This document shows positions 39,992 to 54,500 of a DNA stretch of 64,000 bases, in pieces. Source of the DNA: Paraspadella gotoi (Eukaryota > Animalia > Chaetognatha). The DNA lies in the NCBI GenBank assembly GCA_051294375.1, contig CM119271.1, forward strand, positions 3,131,061 to 3,195,060, given 5' to 3'. The first letter of the stretch is position 1, and every line of letters starts with the position of its first letter. Made by a program: the position numbers and the translations under genes. Under the pieces are notes generated by a model. It searched no databases. It was not told the DNA's origin and saw nothing but the letters and a program-made list of their open reading frames with translations.

Positions 39992-42256
39992 ATGGGAAAG
40001 ATTTCTAAGAAAAATCGACGAAGCGAGAAGCCGTACGCTGGGGATAGTCACCAGGGTTTGCAAGGTATAATATTTGTTTCGAGTGACATCGTCTTATTCT
40101 TAACTTATGATTTTTTTTTAATGTCAGCGCCCTCTTCGGTCGACTCGTCTCCGCCCGGGACATTCGTAGCGTCCTTGTCATCTTCTCCGCCACCGTCGTC
40201 CGTTGGAAGCGCCATCAGCGTCCCCGACGAGAGCCCCGCCACGCCCCCGATGCTCAACACCAGTTTGGTGAGCGGATTAAATTTCGATGTCGGCGTCGAC
40301 TCGGGACTCTAGCACTTCCTTTCCTCACAGAACTCCTCCCACCTTTCCTCCGATTCTTCATCTTTGGCACCCGACGGCATCGCTTCCATCGCCGCCGCTT
40401 CCTCCGTCGCCGCCTCTCTCTGTCCCGGCGTTTCCGGCTCCGGAAAATCAACTTTTACCGGTAATACCCTCCCCTTTAAAAACCTTTTTAAAAGACAAAG
40501 TTGGCACAAGTCGCTTCGCTGTTGTCGTTTTTCTTCTCTTCCATAGATTTTCTTTTCTTCTTTTATCCGTTTTCTTTCATTTCTCGGAAATACAGCCTGG
40601 TTCATCACGGAGGTGATGGAGATGATGCACGGACTTGGCGACGTGAAGAAGCCTCTGCCCGAGTCGGCGGCCATCGTCGAGGAGCTGGTGCATCAGCAGG
40701 TGAGAGAGAGGGAGCGAGAAAGAGATAAGAAATATATAAAATTGAAATGCCCCCTCAACAGATGGTGTCTTTCGTTCTCCAAGCTATCAACGTCTCTCAA
40801 CTTCGGAACCCTTCTTCTTCCGCCACTCGCTTGGAATTGGAGGATTGTTTCTTTCTCTTGCGGAGAAACCGGATTAAACTAAAGAGAATGTTCCGGTCAG
40901 TTCATATCTATTCCCCATTTCTTGACCTCAGATTTGCCATAGACGTCTCCCTCTTTCCCTCTTCGTCTACTTGCTCGTCTTCTTCCCTCCCCAGCTTTCT
41001 CAAGGTCAGTTTCCTGAAGGTGAAATCCAGCGGCTCCAACGTTTTCGACGAAGAGGGTGACGCGGTTGAGGCGAGCCAAGCCAAGAACAAAACCATTTTG
41101 GCCCTCAAGGACTTTTTGCGGTGAGGAATATCACGTATTTGTCACTCTACGTTATAATTGTTAATTATCAAAAAAACCTTGGATATTAAATGTTTTAGTA
41201 TAAAATTCAAGATCAGGTTATTTCCTTATTTTACATAATTTACAAATCATTATTAATCGTTGACAAGTTAGCTCGATCGACGTCCCCGGTGGTTCCCTCG
41301 CCACCGTCCTGGACGACGACGAGGATGACGAGACTGACGAGGTTCGGCTGCAGCGCCTTCACCGCGCGGAGGAGCAGAGCCGCCGCCTCAGCTTGCAGCA
41401 TTACCTCGAGTTTCAAGAGGCGCGAACGGTCTCCTTCGGCGGGAAATCGAAGACCAAGAGCAAGTTTAAAGACTGGTTGTTCGTCGGCAGCCGAGAGTTG
41501 CAGGTACTAGCTTTCTTATTTCATTAAATGTTAATTTTGAAATTTAGAATTTTTAATTTTCTTTTCATCATAGAACGCCGACATCAAAGTCGATCCTATT
41601 GCTTTGGACGTATTATGCTACTTAGCCAAGGAGACCGTCGCCGAAATTCTCGATCTCAGGTGGTGACATTAAAATATTTCGAAAATGTCTCCTTTCAATT
41701 TTTATATACGTCTATTTTCTAACGTATCTTTTTTCTTCTATATTGTTCATTTTAAGTTTATGTCCCCTCCCAGCTTTTTGGTTCAACGCGAGGCCGAGGT
41801 TCGGATCGAGGACCACTCTACTTATTTGCTAGGCGCTCCGTCCTTCTCAAAATTGGAAAACCCGATCCCTTCGTCTCAAGCCTCGTGAGTCGATTGGTTT
41901 TTGTTTAATTAGAAGATTTTAATGCTTATATTTTTCGCGGTTTAAGTCACCGCACGTTCGCTAGTAGGTTGATATAGATAAGGGAATCGGCTCTAAAGTC
42001 GTGATCAACTTTTCGATGTACATAGTAAATTATTCACTCAACATCGTTGGTAATTTTCCCCCCGACTTCCAGCGTCTCCATTCCTGGTCTTGGGGGTGGG
42101 GAAGATCCGCCTCTACCGGAGCCTCGCGGTCCGCTGCAGCCGCGTCATATCCGGGAAGCCGTCTCTCGCTCCTTCGTCGACTCCTTCTCCCCCTTTTCCG
42201 CCGGAAGGAAATCCCTCGATCACCGGAACGCCTCCAACTTTCTCTTTTGCGTCTGA
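39992..42256 (+). CDS. SUPT3H: SAGA subunit Spt3 homolog with a Ser/Pro-rich N-terminal extension, spliced
   Basis: FITEVMEMMHGLGDVKKPLPESAAIVEELVHQQM; LEDCFFLLRRNRIKLKRM; YLEFQEARTVSF; LDVLCYLAKETVAEILDL; LQPRHIREAV. Confidence 0.9.
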
Positions 42257-42748
42257 CGAAGCGAAAACGGATTTTTGATTTGGAATCGATTATGATTTTC
42301 ATGCCGCCGATCGGAGGCGAGAAAAGGAAAGGCTTTCCGCCTCGCGTTTGGAGTTGAATCTTTAACCGTTCAAACGCAGGCGAAGATGACTGACGACTCG
42401 CGATTAACGCGGTGGACACCGATGTAATGAGTCAACAGGTTTGATACATTTAAGTTAATATTAATATTCCGCCGAAGTAACGGACGAGAGGTTTAAAAAA
42501 AAACAAACTGTTATTCTTTTTTATAACAATGTTTAAGCGTGTTTGTTTTCAGATGACATAATGTGTTCTTTCAAATATTATTTATTACTTTTCTTCTTGC
42601 CTTTTCTTTTTCTCCTCGTTTGAGTTATTTTAGTTCGAGTTTTTAATGAGCTAGCTGGAAACATTATTTTCCTTTACTTAACCAAGGGGTAAATAGGTTT
42701 TAGTCCAGTTCTTCCTCGTTAATTCTTTTTGGATCCGTCCGTTTCAAA

Positions 42749-45700
42749 ATGGGTGTTGAGAAGCTGCAATCTTTTTTGGAGTCCAAATGTCTCGAAGCCA
42801 ATGTCCCAGTTGATCTCGGCGAGTTGGCGGGGGCAGCAGCCAATTCCGACGCTGCTGCCGCCGCCGCCGCCGCTGTTCCGAAGCAACTCCAGTTGGTTGT
42901 TGACGCCGAGTCTTGCCTCGATCGCCTGTACGGGGGTCGAAATGTCGATTGGGTCGCCGGTGGTCAGTGGAATCGTATGTTGGAATTCCTGACCGCCCTT
43001 AAAGGCGCTTGTGCCATTTATAAGATCAAGCTTGTCGTCTTCATGAACGGCGCTCTTGAGAAGCAACGACTGCCCGAATGGGCTCGCGATCAGTCCCTCT
43101 CGAGACGCCGCATTCAGGCTTGCATGGGCGAAGTTCAGCAAAAGCGCGGCGTTCCACCGGGCCGGCTCTGGGTGCCCCCGGCGGGGCTCCGCCAGTGTCT
43201 CCGTTTGGCGCTGCGCCATGTTGGGATTCCGACGATCTTTAGTAGAGAAGATCACCATCACGAAATCATGGCTCATTGCCGCGAAAACAAGTTTGATGGA
43301 GTCCTGGCCGACCATGCCGACTTTGCCCTTTTCGACCCTCCTCGATTCTTTTCCGCCAGTCGCATCAAGCTGTCCTTCAAGCAAAAGTTGTCAACCGTCG
43401 AGTTTCTGGTAGACGGGATGGCCAAAACGCTGGATCTACATCCCGAGAGGCTAATCGTCTTGGGAGCGTTGTTGGGCAATCATATGTTAACCGAGCAAGA
43501 TCTCGCCGGTTTCCACGAGAGGGTTGTCCGCAAGAGGGCGGCGATTGTGGAAGCGGAAGTTGAAGGAAGGGACCCGGCGAAAGCGGAGGAGATGGCCAAG
43601 TCCGCCCTCGTCGAAGCCGTCGCCGATTTCCTCCGCGAGGTCCCGTCCGTCGAGGATCTCGACGCCCTCGCCAGCCTCGTCTTCCCCGGCGACGAAAATC
43701 TCGATGCCCTCTCCGTCAAGTTGCACGCGAGCGTTGGGTTCTATCGGCGCGGGACGATGAATGGCGCCCCCAAAGCTCAGAGAAAGAAGGCTCTGAAGGT
43801 AAGTGGATTTCGCTTCCTTACTCCGAAATTAGCTCATCCAATAACTAAAGCGTTAGCAAAAAAAAATAAAAAGAAAGGTGCGAATCTATTACAGGCCGCC
43901 GCCAAGGACATAACTGCGGCATCTGCCTCAGTCGACGCTCTTCCTACCGTCTCCAAGTTTGCGCCTTTCGCCTCGGATTCCGAGGAGGAGCGTCTCTATC
44001 TCCTCGGCGAGACCCTCAGCCCCTCGACGAGCGTCTCCCAGCTGATGCTGCTCCGCCACACCCGCGGTCTCATCTCCCCGGTCGTGGGGCAGATCCTCAC
44101 GCATCGCGAGGTCAAGTTGGAGGTGGTGATGGAGGATGTGACCAAGGAGAACACTCCGTCAGCGATGGATCTCTATCGGGAATTGAGGCAGAGCGTGTAC
44201 GGACTCTTGTTGGACGTGAGGGGGAGGGAAGAGACCGAGGACGTCATCGTTAAGGTGAGATGGAACAATTGAATCTTTTTTAGTATTCAAGTATGGATTA
44301 AATTGAAACCTCAATTCGTTCATCGCAGGAGTGGTACGTGACGAAGGGTAACGACGCCGAGCGTCCCGATCTCGTCCCCGCTCTTCCGCTTCCCTGTGAG
44401 GCTCCCTCTCTCGAGCGCCTCTGGTTCGGCGTCGAGGCCGAAGATGCGCAGAACCGACTCAAAGCCTTCCTCTCTTGCATGAGATCCGACGATTCCGCTT
44501 TTCTCGATCCGGACAAGGTCTTTTTGGCTCTCTCAAACCGCTACGACAATAATAATTCTAATAATTTTTAAACAATCTTCACCAGGTCCCCCGACAATAC
44601 GTCCTTCTTTGTTCAGTTCTCCGTTACATGCTAGAGTTCGGCAAATCCAAGAAAAAGCCATATCTCTCGGCGCCGGAAGTGGAGGCGTTCCTCGCCACGG
44701 CCGTTTGCCCCCTCGTCAAGAACGCGGAGATGACCAAGGAGATAAGGCTGAGAAAGGTTGGTCGAAGAATGAAACTACCTGAGGAGTCTAGTGCCAACCC
44801 TTTTATTTATTATGTTTAGGTGTTTACTCGGGGCCTGACTCTTGGCGCGTTGCTCATGACCGGCGTTAATTTTGCGTGCTTGGCGAACGACGCCTGCGGT
44901 TCGCCCATCCCCTGGCAACTCACTTGCCCTTGGGAGTATTTCGATGGGAAGATCTTTCATCTTAAGCTTATCAAGGCGTGCTCGGGGAGTCCGCTGTTGG
45001 AGGTAATCAATTTTCGTTGTTTTAAATTCTCTGTTATGGCAACAGCCGGGTTACCTGTCATGCCCATTTGGATGGGGCATCTCACGGTTGGCTTTGGGGG
45101 CTTCCGACCCAGAGTGACGCCTCTAGTCACTGGCGCGGTTACCCGAGGACGGTCTCGCTTTGCCAACGCAGAGGGAGGTCGTTAGGACTGTCGATGGAAC
45201 GCCACGCTTGGGATGGTGCGTTCCCCCTCTGAGCCAATGGAATTGGCTGAACGATGGTGGATGTCAGGCGGTGTGAATATACCGCCACGCTGTGTCTATG
45301 AAATAACAAGATTACCTCTCCGTGAAGGTTTGCGACAATCGCGCGGACTATGTGACTTTGGTGGAGAAGATGCGCGACGCCATCTTGGGTGATCGGGACT
45401 TTCTGTTCGTCGAGCCGAAGCTGGGTAAACCGGCCAAGCCTGCCAGGTTCTCGCCGGTCGCTACTGCTTCAAAGAAGCCAGTAGCTCGGACGGCGACCCT
45501 CACTCCGCCGCCTTTCCCTGGCGGCGGCGGCGGCGTCGTCGTCAACGCTCAAGCCGCTAACGTGGACGCCGACACTTACGCTTCGGCCTATGCTGACGCT
45601 TACGTCCGTTTCTGCGCTTCCAAGTGCGCCGCCAAGGCCACATCCGCCGTTCGTCAACCGGAAACGGACGCTTACGCTGCCGGTTACGCCGCCGCGCTGA

Positions 45701-46098
45701 TGTCTGCAGCACAGTCCGGCCCTCAGTCGAAAAACGTCAACAACAGTACGGCTTCCTCGACGCGACCGCGTTTGCCCCGTTCCGCCCGGGTCGCGACACC
45801 GCCCCGCTGGGGAAATAACTACCACCAGGAGTCGACGCAAGAAAGGTATTTTTAAAAAATCAGAATTCAGAAATATAACCCGAATTTAAATTTCATTGTC
45901 CCGCGCAGGATTCTCCGTCAGGCTGCCGACTACGCCAACTACCATTGCTTCAAGACGACGCCTTCCGGTCGGGTTCGTCGTCCTCCGCGCGTCTCAACTT
46001 TTCGGCGCCCCGGCTTTGGTCCTTCTTCCGAGGATGGAGGATTAGGGGGGGCGTTGGGTGGAGTAGATTTCCGTGACTCTCTTCGAGGAGGCTTTTAA
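42749..46098 (+). CDS. FAM120 family protein (PIN-like; constitutive coactivator of PPAR-gamma-like), spliced
   Basis: MGVEKLQSFLE; LVVDAESCLDRLYGG..DWVAGGQWNRM; VFMNGALE; EDHHHEIMAHCREN; LGALLGNH; NDACGSPIPW..CPWEYFDGKIFH. Confidence 0.93.
45035..45289 (-). mobile_element. Intronic family-A element copy 3 (FAM120 intron), best preserved copy
   Basis: CTGT duplicated at 45031-45034 and 45290-45293; A-box-like TGGCTCAGAGG upstream of the twister on the minus strand. Confidence 0.88.
45087..45167 (-). ncRNA. Type-P5 twister ribozyme-like motif, core intact
   Basis: Minus strand: GTTGGC aaa GCGA GA CCG TCCTCGGG TAA CCGC GC CAGTGAC tagaggc GTCACT CT GGGT CGG AAGC CCCC aaa GCCAAC; matches UAA..GC / GGUnnnAAGCCC / GA-T1 twister pattern. 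Confidence 0.78.
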
Positions 46099-47235
46099 TT
46101 CCTAAGATGTCCGAAAATAAAGGTTGATTTTGTTCCGCGTGATTTTTCGGTTGGAAAATTGACTGACTCTGTTCGTTCGGGTTCAATAACCTAATTATTT
46201 CGTTTTTGCTAGCTGCCCGAGAGCGATGTTTGAAAAAAAAAGGCCTTGCGAACGCTCGCCGATTTTTCTCAATAATTTTATTATAATGATATAAATAATA
46301 ACTAGTTTATATTGCGTCTCATCATTCCTCAATTATATTATTTCGCGCACGTGCGGACAAATTTTCAAACTTCGCTCGGCAAAATCTTTCTCATCTTCTG
46401 TGCGAATATGAAACTTCGCGTTTTTAGATTTAGATATCTTTTTCTTCAGTTGCAGTTAGTGCTGCTGTTAGTTTAGACCGGACCCGATATTATTTTTTGC
46501 TACCCTCGTCATACCTGTCGACAAAGACGTCATTTTTGTTCTCCACCATGTTTAATGTTTTGAGGGTTAATTTCTTCTACATTCATTCGGGTCTACTTTT
46601 CTCATTTTCTATTCGAGGCGTCGACGATATATGATTTGGCATAGATTATTATTAACCGTATTCGGCAAGAAGAAGCTGCGCCTTAGTACGTTATATTTTT
46701 ATAACCTTTTTGATAATCTTTTTTCTTTTTTCTGAGAGAAAAATTGAAAATTAGGCCTGGAAAAGTTTCGTCTTATGGCGAGAAGTCTCCTCAATAATAA
46801 TTTTACGCTCAATGTTCCCGAATCATATTCAGTTACGCCATTCGATTATTTACGACTACCAGATTTTCTTCATTTCTTTATTTAAAACATTTTTATTGTT
46901 CTTTTGATTCAATTAACTTGTTATTACTCAATGATATTTTTAAAAACGTTGCAAATTTGCAGGATCATTGGTTGAAACTTGTCATTGTGTCTGAAAAGTC
47001 AAAACTTCAAACGTGACATTGGAGAAACCGAGAAAATATCACACATCCCCCTCTCAAAAAAAAAATGGAGTGAACCAACCTTTGATCCCTCGTATTTGCG
47101 TTTGTGAAGGCTATTTTTCATTTTGTCCGCCTATATAATTATTGAGAATTTTTATTACAGATTTTATAAAAACAAAATAACCCACTGATTTAACTCTTGT
47201 CTACATTCCGCAGCGGGAGAGGCGCGCCCCCCACG

Positions 47236-50200
47236 ATGGTGGGTCTCTTTGGCGCCGCCGCCCCCGCGACAGGCTCTTGGTCGACCGCTCCCGCGCCAAG
47301 CGGCTCGGGCTCCAACGCAAGGAATTCTGGTGATTTTTTTTGTCTTATAATGTTTATTTTACTCAAAATGATGTTTATGAAACTCCCCAGTCTAAGATAA
47401 ATTTTACTTGCAATTTTTTGTAAATGATTAGGAGGAACGATTTCTTCCCGTGGCGCGCGATCGCCTTTGCTGCGGCGTCGGAGCGTATTCAAAGGCCAAG
47501 GGCCCGTACTTGAACGGGTCCTTGGAATCACGTCTCAGAAGAACGTGAGAAACACATCTTGTCATTGCCTAATTGTTACTAATGTATTTATATTTATTAA
47601 TCTATTGATTTTCTTCCTAGTCGTCAATCTCCGTCGATCCCTCAAGCGGCGTCCTCGCCTACCTCGCCGGCGCTGTGGTCGTCATGGCGCCGCCGGGACG
47701 CCGCCAACGCCAATCCCACGTCATCAACGCCGCCAAGAAGACGTTCACCGCGGTGGCCTTTTCCCCGGACGGCTCGCTCCTCCTGACCGGAGAGCAGGGG
47801 CACCAACCCGCCCTGCGCCTTTGGAACGTTAAGGAAAAGACGCAGCTGAGCGAATTCTTAGCGCACACCTACGGCATCTCGTGCGTCGCCTTCGCGGGTA
47901 AGGGAGTTCCATTTTTCTTTATTGGTTTGGCCTTTGGATGTTTGACATCGCGATTGGATCTCCAGGCAACGGAAAGTACGCCATCTCCATCGGACTTCAG
48001 TTCGACAAGATGGTGATGGTTTGGGATCTCAAGTCGAAACTCAAAATCGCCTCCAATAAAGTTTCTTCCAAGGTACGAGGTCCAAGGTTATTTTCACGAT
48101 TATTAAATAAGAATGAATGACAAATATTTGAAACTAATAACCTTCTATTTGGCAGGTGGAAGCAATGGCAGTTTCTCCGTCCACATCGCAACTCGCTTTC
48201 GTCACCGTCGGAAATCGACACGTGAAATTTTGGTATTTGAAAGAAGCTTCCTCAGGTTAGTTTGTTTTATTGTTTTTTCTTAGTCCACATTCCTAGAATA
48301 TGAACTTTATCACTTTCCGTAGCAGGTCCGGGGAAAACTGTGTATTTGTTAAGATTTTTTTTTCCTTCCGTTTAACCCTTTTTATTTTTCACCACTATCA
48401 TTCGTTAAATAGCTATCTTTATGATATTTTGAAAACAGTGTACTCCGCTTTTCCAGTAAGATTATTTTAACCCTAATATTATATTTATACGAAATAAAAC
48501 TATACTCTTTAGTATCTATTATACTATTGTTCTATTTAACTCCCACTTTTGATTGGTCGGATAATCTTGGACAATTTTCCGTAATTCGTATTAACCGAAC
48601 AGAAGATGTTTTTAAGAATGCCTTTGTTTTCATTGATCGTGCAGTTCCCGCTCATAAAGAAACCCATGCTTTTTCTAAATTTTTAAACTCATCGGGATAT
48701 TTAACTAAACCGTTTTGATCCAGTTGATGCTCGTTTTTTCTACTTATGATTGTTCCGATTTCATTTAACCCTCGCGGTTTTCTTCGCTCCCAAGTCCCTC
48801 CTTAAAAATTCCCCTCCTCACTCTCTCGCTACTTTCCCAACCCTACAGGTCGCGCCACGGAGCCCCGCCCCCTGGTGGGACGGAGCGCGATTTTGAAGGA
48901 GCGACGCAACGACTTTTTCGTGGACGTGGCGTTCGGTCGCGGCGCCAATGCCTCCTTTGTCTACGCCGTCGCCCGTGGCGGCGTTTTGTGCGAGTTCGAC
49001 GAGGAGAGGAAGATCCTTCATTGGGTCGACATGAAAGTGAGGGTTTACGCGTCAAGGAGCAAAAGTAAAAATGGACGCGTTTCGTTATAAATTACTTTCC
49101 TTTCTCATTTTCCAGACGCCCCTCCACTCGGTTTGCCTCAACGAAACCCACGTCTTCATCGGTTGCGCCAATGGATTCATTCGAGCCTTCGACGCCCAGA
49201 CGCTCGTCTACGCAGCGTCACTTCCGAGGCCACATCCCCTCGGGGTCGACGTGGCCAAGTTTCCGCAGGTGCTGATTTGATAATCGTCGAATAAGATTGC
49301 CATTAAGAAGTTATTCATGGGATGATGGGATGAAAAAAAAAAAGCATAAAGTAGTCATGGCGAAATCAAGTACTTCTCTAAAGTTATATACTTATATATA
49401 CTTATATAAAGTGGCGATTAATGACGTGATTCAATGATATTCACAATCTTTCATCATAAAATCCTCTCCATCAAAGACAACCGCGTCTTTTTCTCTCGCA
49501 GAGCGGACTAATGAGCGTCTCCTCTATTCACGGAGACTTGGAGAACCAGCAGTTCCCCGATTGCGTTGCTTGCGTGATGGACGCCGAAAAACAAAAGATC
49601 ACTGCCGTCTACAGCGATCACAGGTGAAGAACGAAAGTGAAAAGAAAGGTGGAGAAATTAGTTGTATCTCTCGCGTTTCTGAGTAGAAGAAGCTTAGGAC
49701 AGGCTTCGGTCGCCTGTATTTTGCGGAATGTGAATGTAATGGTCGTGTAAAATGTAATGAAGTAAATGGCAGACGATCCTGAAGGAGAGCAGGCGTGAAC
49801 GTTATCGTAACCGTAACATAGTGAAGGATTAAACTAAAAAACGGAAAATTCGTGGTAAATTAAAGCGAAGTGTTAGAAAGAACTCCTTTCCCCCCCACAG
49901 CCTTTACATCTGGGACGTCCAGGATATTCGCCGCGTCGGTAAAAATGCTTCCTTCCTCTTTCACTCGTCGACGATCTTCGGTCTCGAGGTGGTCGGCCCG
50001 GATTTGTCGCGCCGCCTCCGCGGTGGCAGCGGTGGTTTCGCGAGCGCCGGTGCCGACCTGTCTGGCTCCGCTTCGGTAGCGCTGCCGCCTGGGTCCTTTA
50101 TTACTTGCTCTCAGGTTTGAGTTTCTCTTTTGAAGTGAAACTTTGATTTTTGCCGTTGTAGGAAAACGAGCCCCGTTTCTCCAGGACGACACGATACGTT

Positions 50201-51498
50201 TCTGGAACCTTGACCCATCGCCTAGATCGAAACCCTCAACCTCGGAGATTCCCGTGGACCCACAGTCCGAAGATCCTCTCCACCCTCTCGACAATCCCCT
50301 CGCCTGTAACCGCTACTACGAGCGAAACATCTTTTGCCACGAACTCCTTAAGGTTTCGAGAAATTAAATTTTCCCATCAAGAAGTCAATGTGTAGTATTT
50401 AAAAAATGTTTAGTTTAGAATGAATGCTAAAGTTTGTTGAAATGAACCCGATGAGCGTTGAAAGGTGACTTATTCAACTAAATTTTCTTCCTCCCCCATC
50501 CCTCCCTTTTCAGATTTTGTACTCGGACCCGAATTACGCTAACCTTTGCGAGGTGGACGACGCCGCGGCCGAAGAAGCGTCGCGCGAGGCCAGGGCTCAT
50601 CCGACGAGTCAGGGCAACGCGAGATCCGAGAAGGTAAATCCTCACTCTGCCTCTTCCGCGCATTTTCCACTTTCGCCCCACTCTCGACCTTACCGCACTC
50701 AACGGCAGACCGGCATTCGCTCCATCCGCGTCTCCCCGTCCGGCGACCTCTTGGCCTCCGGCGACCGGCAGGGCAACGTCCGCATCTACGATTTGATCCT
50801 CGGTGCTCGACTCATCAAGGAGATCGAGTCCCACGACGCTGAGGTCCTCTCCCTCGACTTTTCTCCCGACGATTCTGGTAAGGAGAGAAAGGGGAGAGAG
50901 AAAGAATGTAGTCGGGCATTGGATAAGTTCACCCCCGCCTATAAGCATGACACCTTCAATCGTGACCAAGTGGCTCATTAAGTCATATCATTAGGCATCG
51001 GAATCCATCCCCAATGTTACCTAACCTGCGGGAAGCGTGAGGACGGCCCTAAATCGCCTTGGGGGCGTGGAAAACCCTCAAGCCTGGTTCCTAGTTCCAG
51101 GACCCGTTCTATGGCTGCTCGAGGGGTTAAAGCAGTTGCGGATAGCACTCTTCAGCCCACTTAGCGCCTTATCATCAAGAACACCTCTATTCGCTGGATT
51201 AATATAATCTCCTCTCTCAAGGCCACCGCCTTCTGGTCTCCGCCTCTCGCGATCGCTTCATCCACCTCTACGATCTCAACCGCGACGCTGAGGCGGTCGC
51301 CACCCTCGACGATCACTCCTCCTCCATCATGTCCGTCAGGTTCAACATCGGACGAGTCTCCAACGCATTGCAGCTTCTTTCCACGGGGATGGACAAGTCT
51401 GTCATCTTTCGAAGGGTAGAGGAAGGCGTCCCACCGGAATCCATCAAGGTGATCTCTTGATTTAGAATGATGAAAGAATATTATCGTAAACAGTACGA

Positions 51499-51577
<79 letters not shown>

Positions 51578-54500
51578 ATTAACTGCTCCCCTTCAATAGA
51601 TCGTTCAAGATCACGTCGTCTCCGAGAAAAACAGCATCTATGATATGGAGTGCGATGTGACCCGGATGTCGGCCGTCACTGCGTGTAACGACCGGAAGAT
51701 CCGCGTGTACAACGTGGAAAAGGGAAAAGAGACGAAGGCGTTCAAAGGTAACAAACCACAACTCGTCGGCTCAGTTGAAGTATTTGTTTTTGTTCTATAC
51801 TGTTGTTCCGTCCACACTGTCCTAATAATTCTTTTCATTATCATCTTCCAAAGGATCAGTGGACGACGACGGGTACTTAAACTGCGTGACCCTCGACGCG
51901 TCCTCTCGCTTCGCCGCCACTTCGAGCTCTGAAAAGTCCGTCACCGTCGTCGACCTCTCCACGGGCGAAACGGTGGCCTCTTTGACGGGACATTCCAAGT
52001 GCATCACGGCCTTGCGCTTCCTTCCCGACGGGCGTCATCTCGTTTCCGTCTCTGCCGATTCGTGCGTCTTCGTTTGGCGCCTCCCGGCCTCCATCAAAAC
52101 GACAATGGACAAGCGGCTCGTTGAGTTGGGTAAGGGATTTGTATTTTTTCTGGGCAATTACTGGGGGAAGAGTAACATTGAGATGGACCCGGCAATTTCG
52201 ACCCAGGCCTGTTGGATCCCTCCGCATTAAATGATCATCCTCGCGAGGGTGCTCGCTCCTCACGACGAACAACCTCCGCCGCCGCTAAATCTATCTTCAA
52301 TCCGAAACCCCTCGGCGGCGTGCCGCCCATTATCGTCGGTCACCCACCAAAGACTATGACGCACGTTTCCAGCTTGCCTGGAGCGAGAAAGGGCGGGAAG
52401 GACCCCTTCGGACCGACTCTGTCTTCTTCGCCTCAAGGTCAAGTTTTGTGATGGAAAATGGGGTAAAAATTATTTTTATTCGTTAGGGGATTTATGATAA
52501 ATAAAGTGAACGTCCTTGTTTTCATATATTTTTTAATGTTTTTTATGTTCTTTAATCTTACTTTCTACCTACTTTCTAAAGATACTCATCGCATTTCCAC
52601 CTCCACTGCCACTCCTGTTGCTTCTGTCGCTGCTGTCTCTTCTTTCGCTCCTATCGCTTCACCCAACTTTGACCCGACTCCTGCGCCCAGCTCATCTAAA
52701 TCAGAACACCGTTTCTCAATCTCCTCTCTACCTAATTGGGCCAAAAAAGTCCTGAGAAACGATCCCGCCCGCTCTTCGTCCGCGCCCCACCGCGCGGAAT
52801 TTTCCGTCGACTTGGCCACCTCAACCGCAGCCCAGTCGAAAGGAGTGGGACGCGCTACTTGGGAAACCCCGCAGCTGGTCATCGCTGCCAGGGACGAAGA
52901 GGAAACGTCACCCAAGAGGGTGGCCGAGAAGGAGAACGATAACAAGGAGAACGGTAAGAAAATATGCGCCTCGTTTTTGATTTGTTAATGATCTTTTAAT
53001 TTTTAACTTCAGAGGATCGTCCGCCCGAACCTGCGGCGCTATTGGATCACTCCCGGGATTCGCTCGACGATGGCGACGTGGAGCCGGAGGTTGGTCGTCC
53101 CAGAGAAAGAGTGAGGGAGAGAAAAAAAAATTGCCGCATTTAGCCCTACTTGCCTTCTAATAACTTGTATAATTTAAAAGACATTTTTTTTTACCTTCGC
53201 GTATTTTTATTTTCTTCCCCAACCCCAAAGACTCGCGACGATCACGACGAACCGGAAGAGGACGAGGACGCGGAAGATCTCTCGACGGATCTGTTGGAGG
53301 AGGAGCAGGAAGACGTGGTCTACATCGAGGACGATCAAGACCTCGCCTCCCCGTGCTCCGACCCGAGCGCCTCCTTCGAGGTGCACACGCCCGTTCCGGC
53401 GACGGCGCGGACGCGATCGCGCCTCCTCGACGCCCGCACGATCGCCAATTCCGACGACGATGACGAAGAAGAAGAGGAGGAAGAGTCATCCTCGGAGCCG
53501 ACCACGCCCGTGGGTCAGTTTAACGGGGGTCGTTCGATGGCCAAGTCCTTCGAAATCGCCGACGAGGCGGAAGACGAGGCTTTCGAACACGGGCCCGATT
53601 TCGTCGCCAAAAATTTGCAGGACGAGGATCTTAGTGAGTTGGGAAACTTGATGATTATTCAAATGTGTAAATCTTGTGGGAGTTATGTTTTTTTTAATTA
53701 ATTTCATCGTGATTTCGCTCTCTGCTCGCAGTCGTGACTCCGCTTCCTAATGCCTTTGGTCTCTCCGAACATCGCCTCTCCCTCTCCGCTCGATTTTTGT
53801 CGCGTTATCGGTCGGCTGATGCCGTCGTTGCCGCGGCAGATGCTGCTACCGTCGCCGCTGCAGAGTCCGTTGCCGCGTCTTCCTCCGGATCCGCTGTCCG
53901 ACTAAATCTCGAGACGGAATTCCGCGACGATGGGGAAGAGGGTTTATCGCCCGAGAGCGACGATGGCGGGTGAGGATCTGTTCGGAGACGTTTTTTAAAT
54001 GTTTTTTTTTTAGTTAAAATTTGTTGTTAAAGAGACTCATTCCGCACATAGTTCTACTACTACTTAGCTTTTTTCAAAAGTTGTCTAACAGAATTAACCG
54101 ATTTCCCCTTCCCTCACTCATCGTCACCAAGTCCGTTCTCCCGCTACAAAAGCTCCTCTCTCGTCTCACCCTCGATCCCCTCCACGACAAATTCTTTTTT
54201 CGTCTCCGCCAACGAAGCTTCCGGTTCTCGTCCGTCGCGCGGCTCCGACCTCGAAACCTCCACGGCCTCGGGGTCCGAATCTGAAGGGGCGTGGCTTAAC
54301 AATAGGGGCGTCAACGCTAGCGCCACCTTGCCCAAGTCTTCCCGTCGCGTCCACGCTCGCGATTCCTCTCTCGGTGGCGTAGGCGGCGGTGGCGGAGTCG
54401 TTAAACTACCGCGTCGCGAGCGTCGTCTCCCCGCGCCGCCCTCCAAAGACGTCGCCGAAGAACGGCGGCAGAGTCGCAAGTCATCGTCCGCGCTGACTTC

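Noticed and set aside
45035-45289. HDV-like ribozyme or SRP/Alu interpretation of family A (TCCTCG loop; GCCGGG..CCTGT start)
   Set aside because: Nested P1/P1.1/P2 pairing could not be built, and SRP similarity stops after a few bases; the twister topology explains all conserved blocks.
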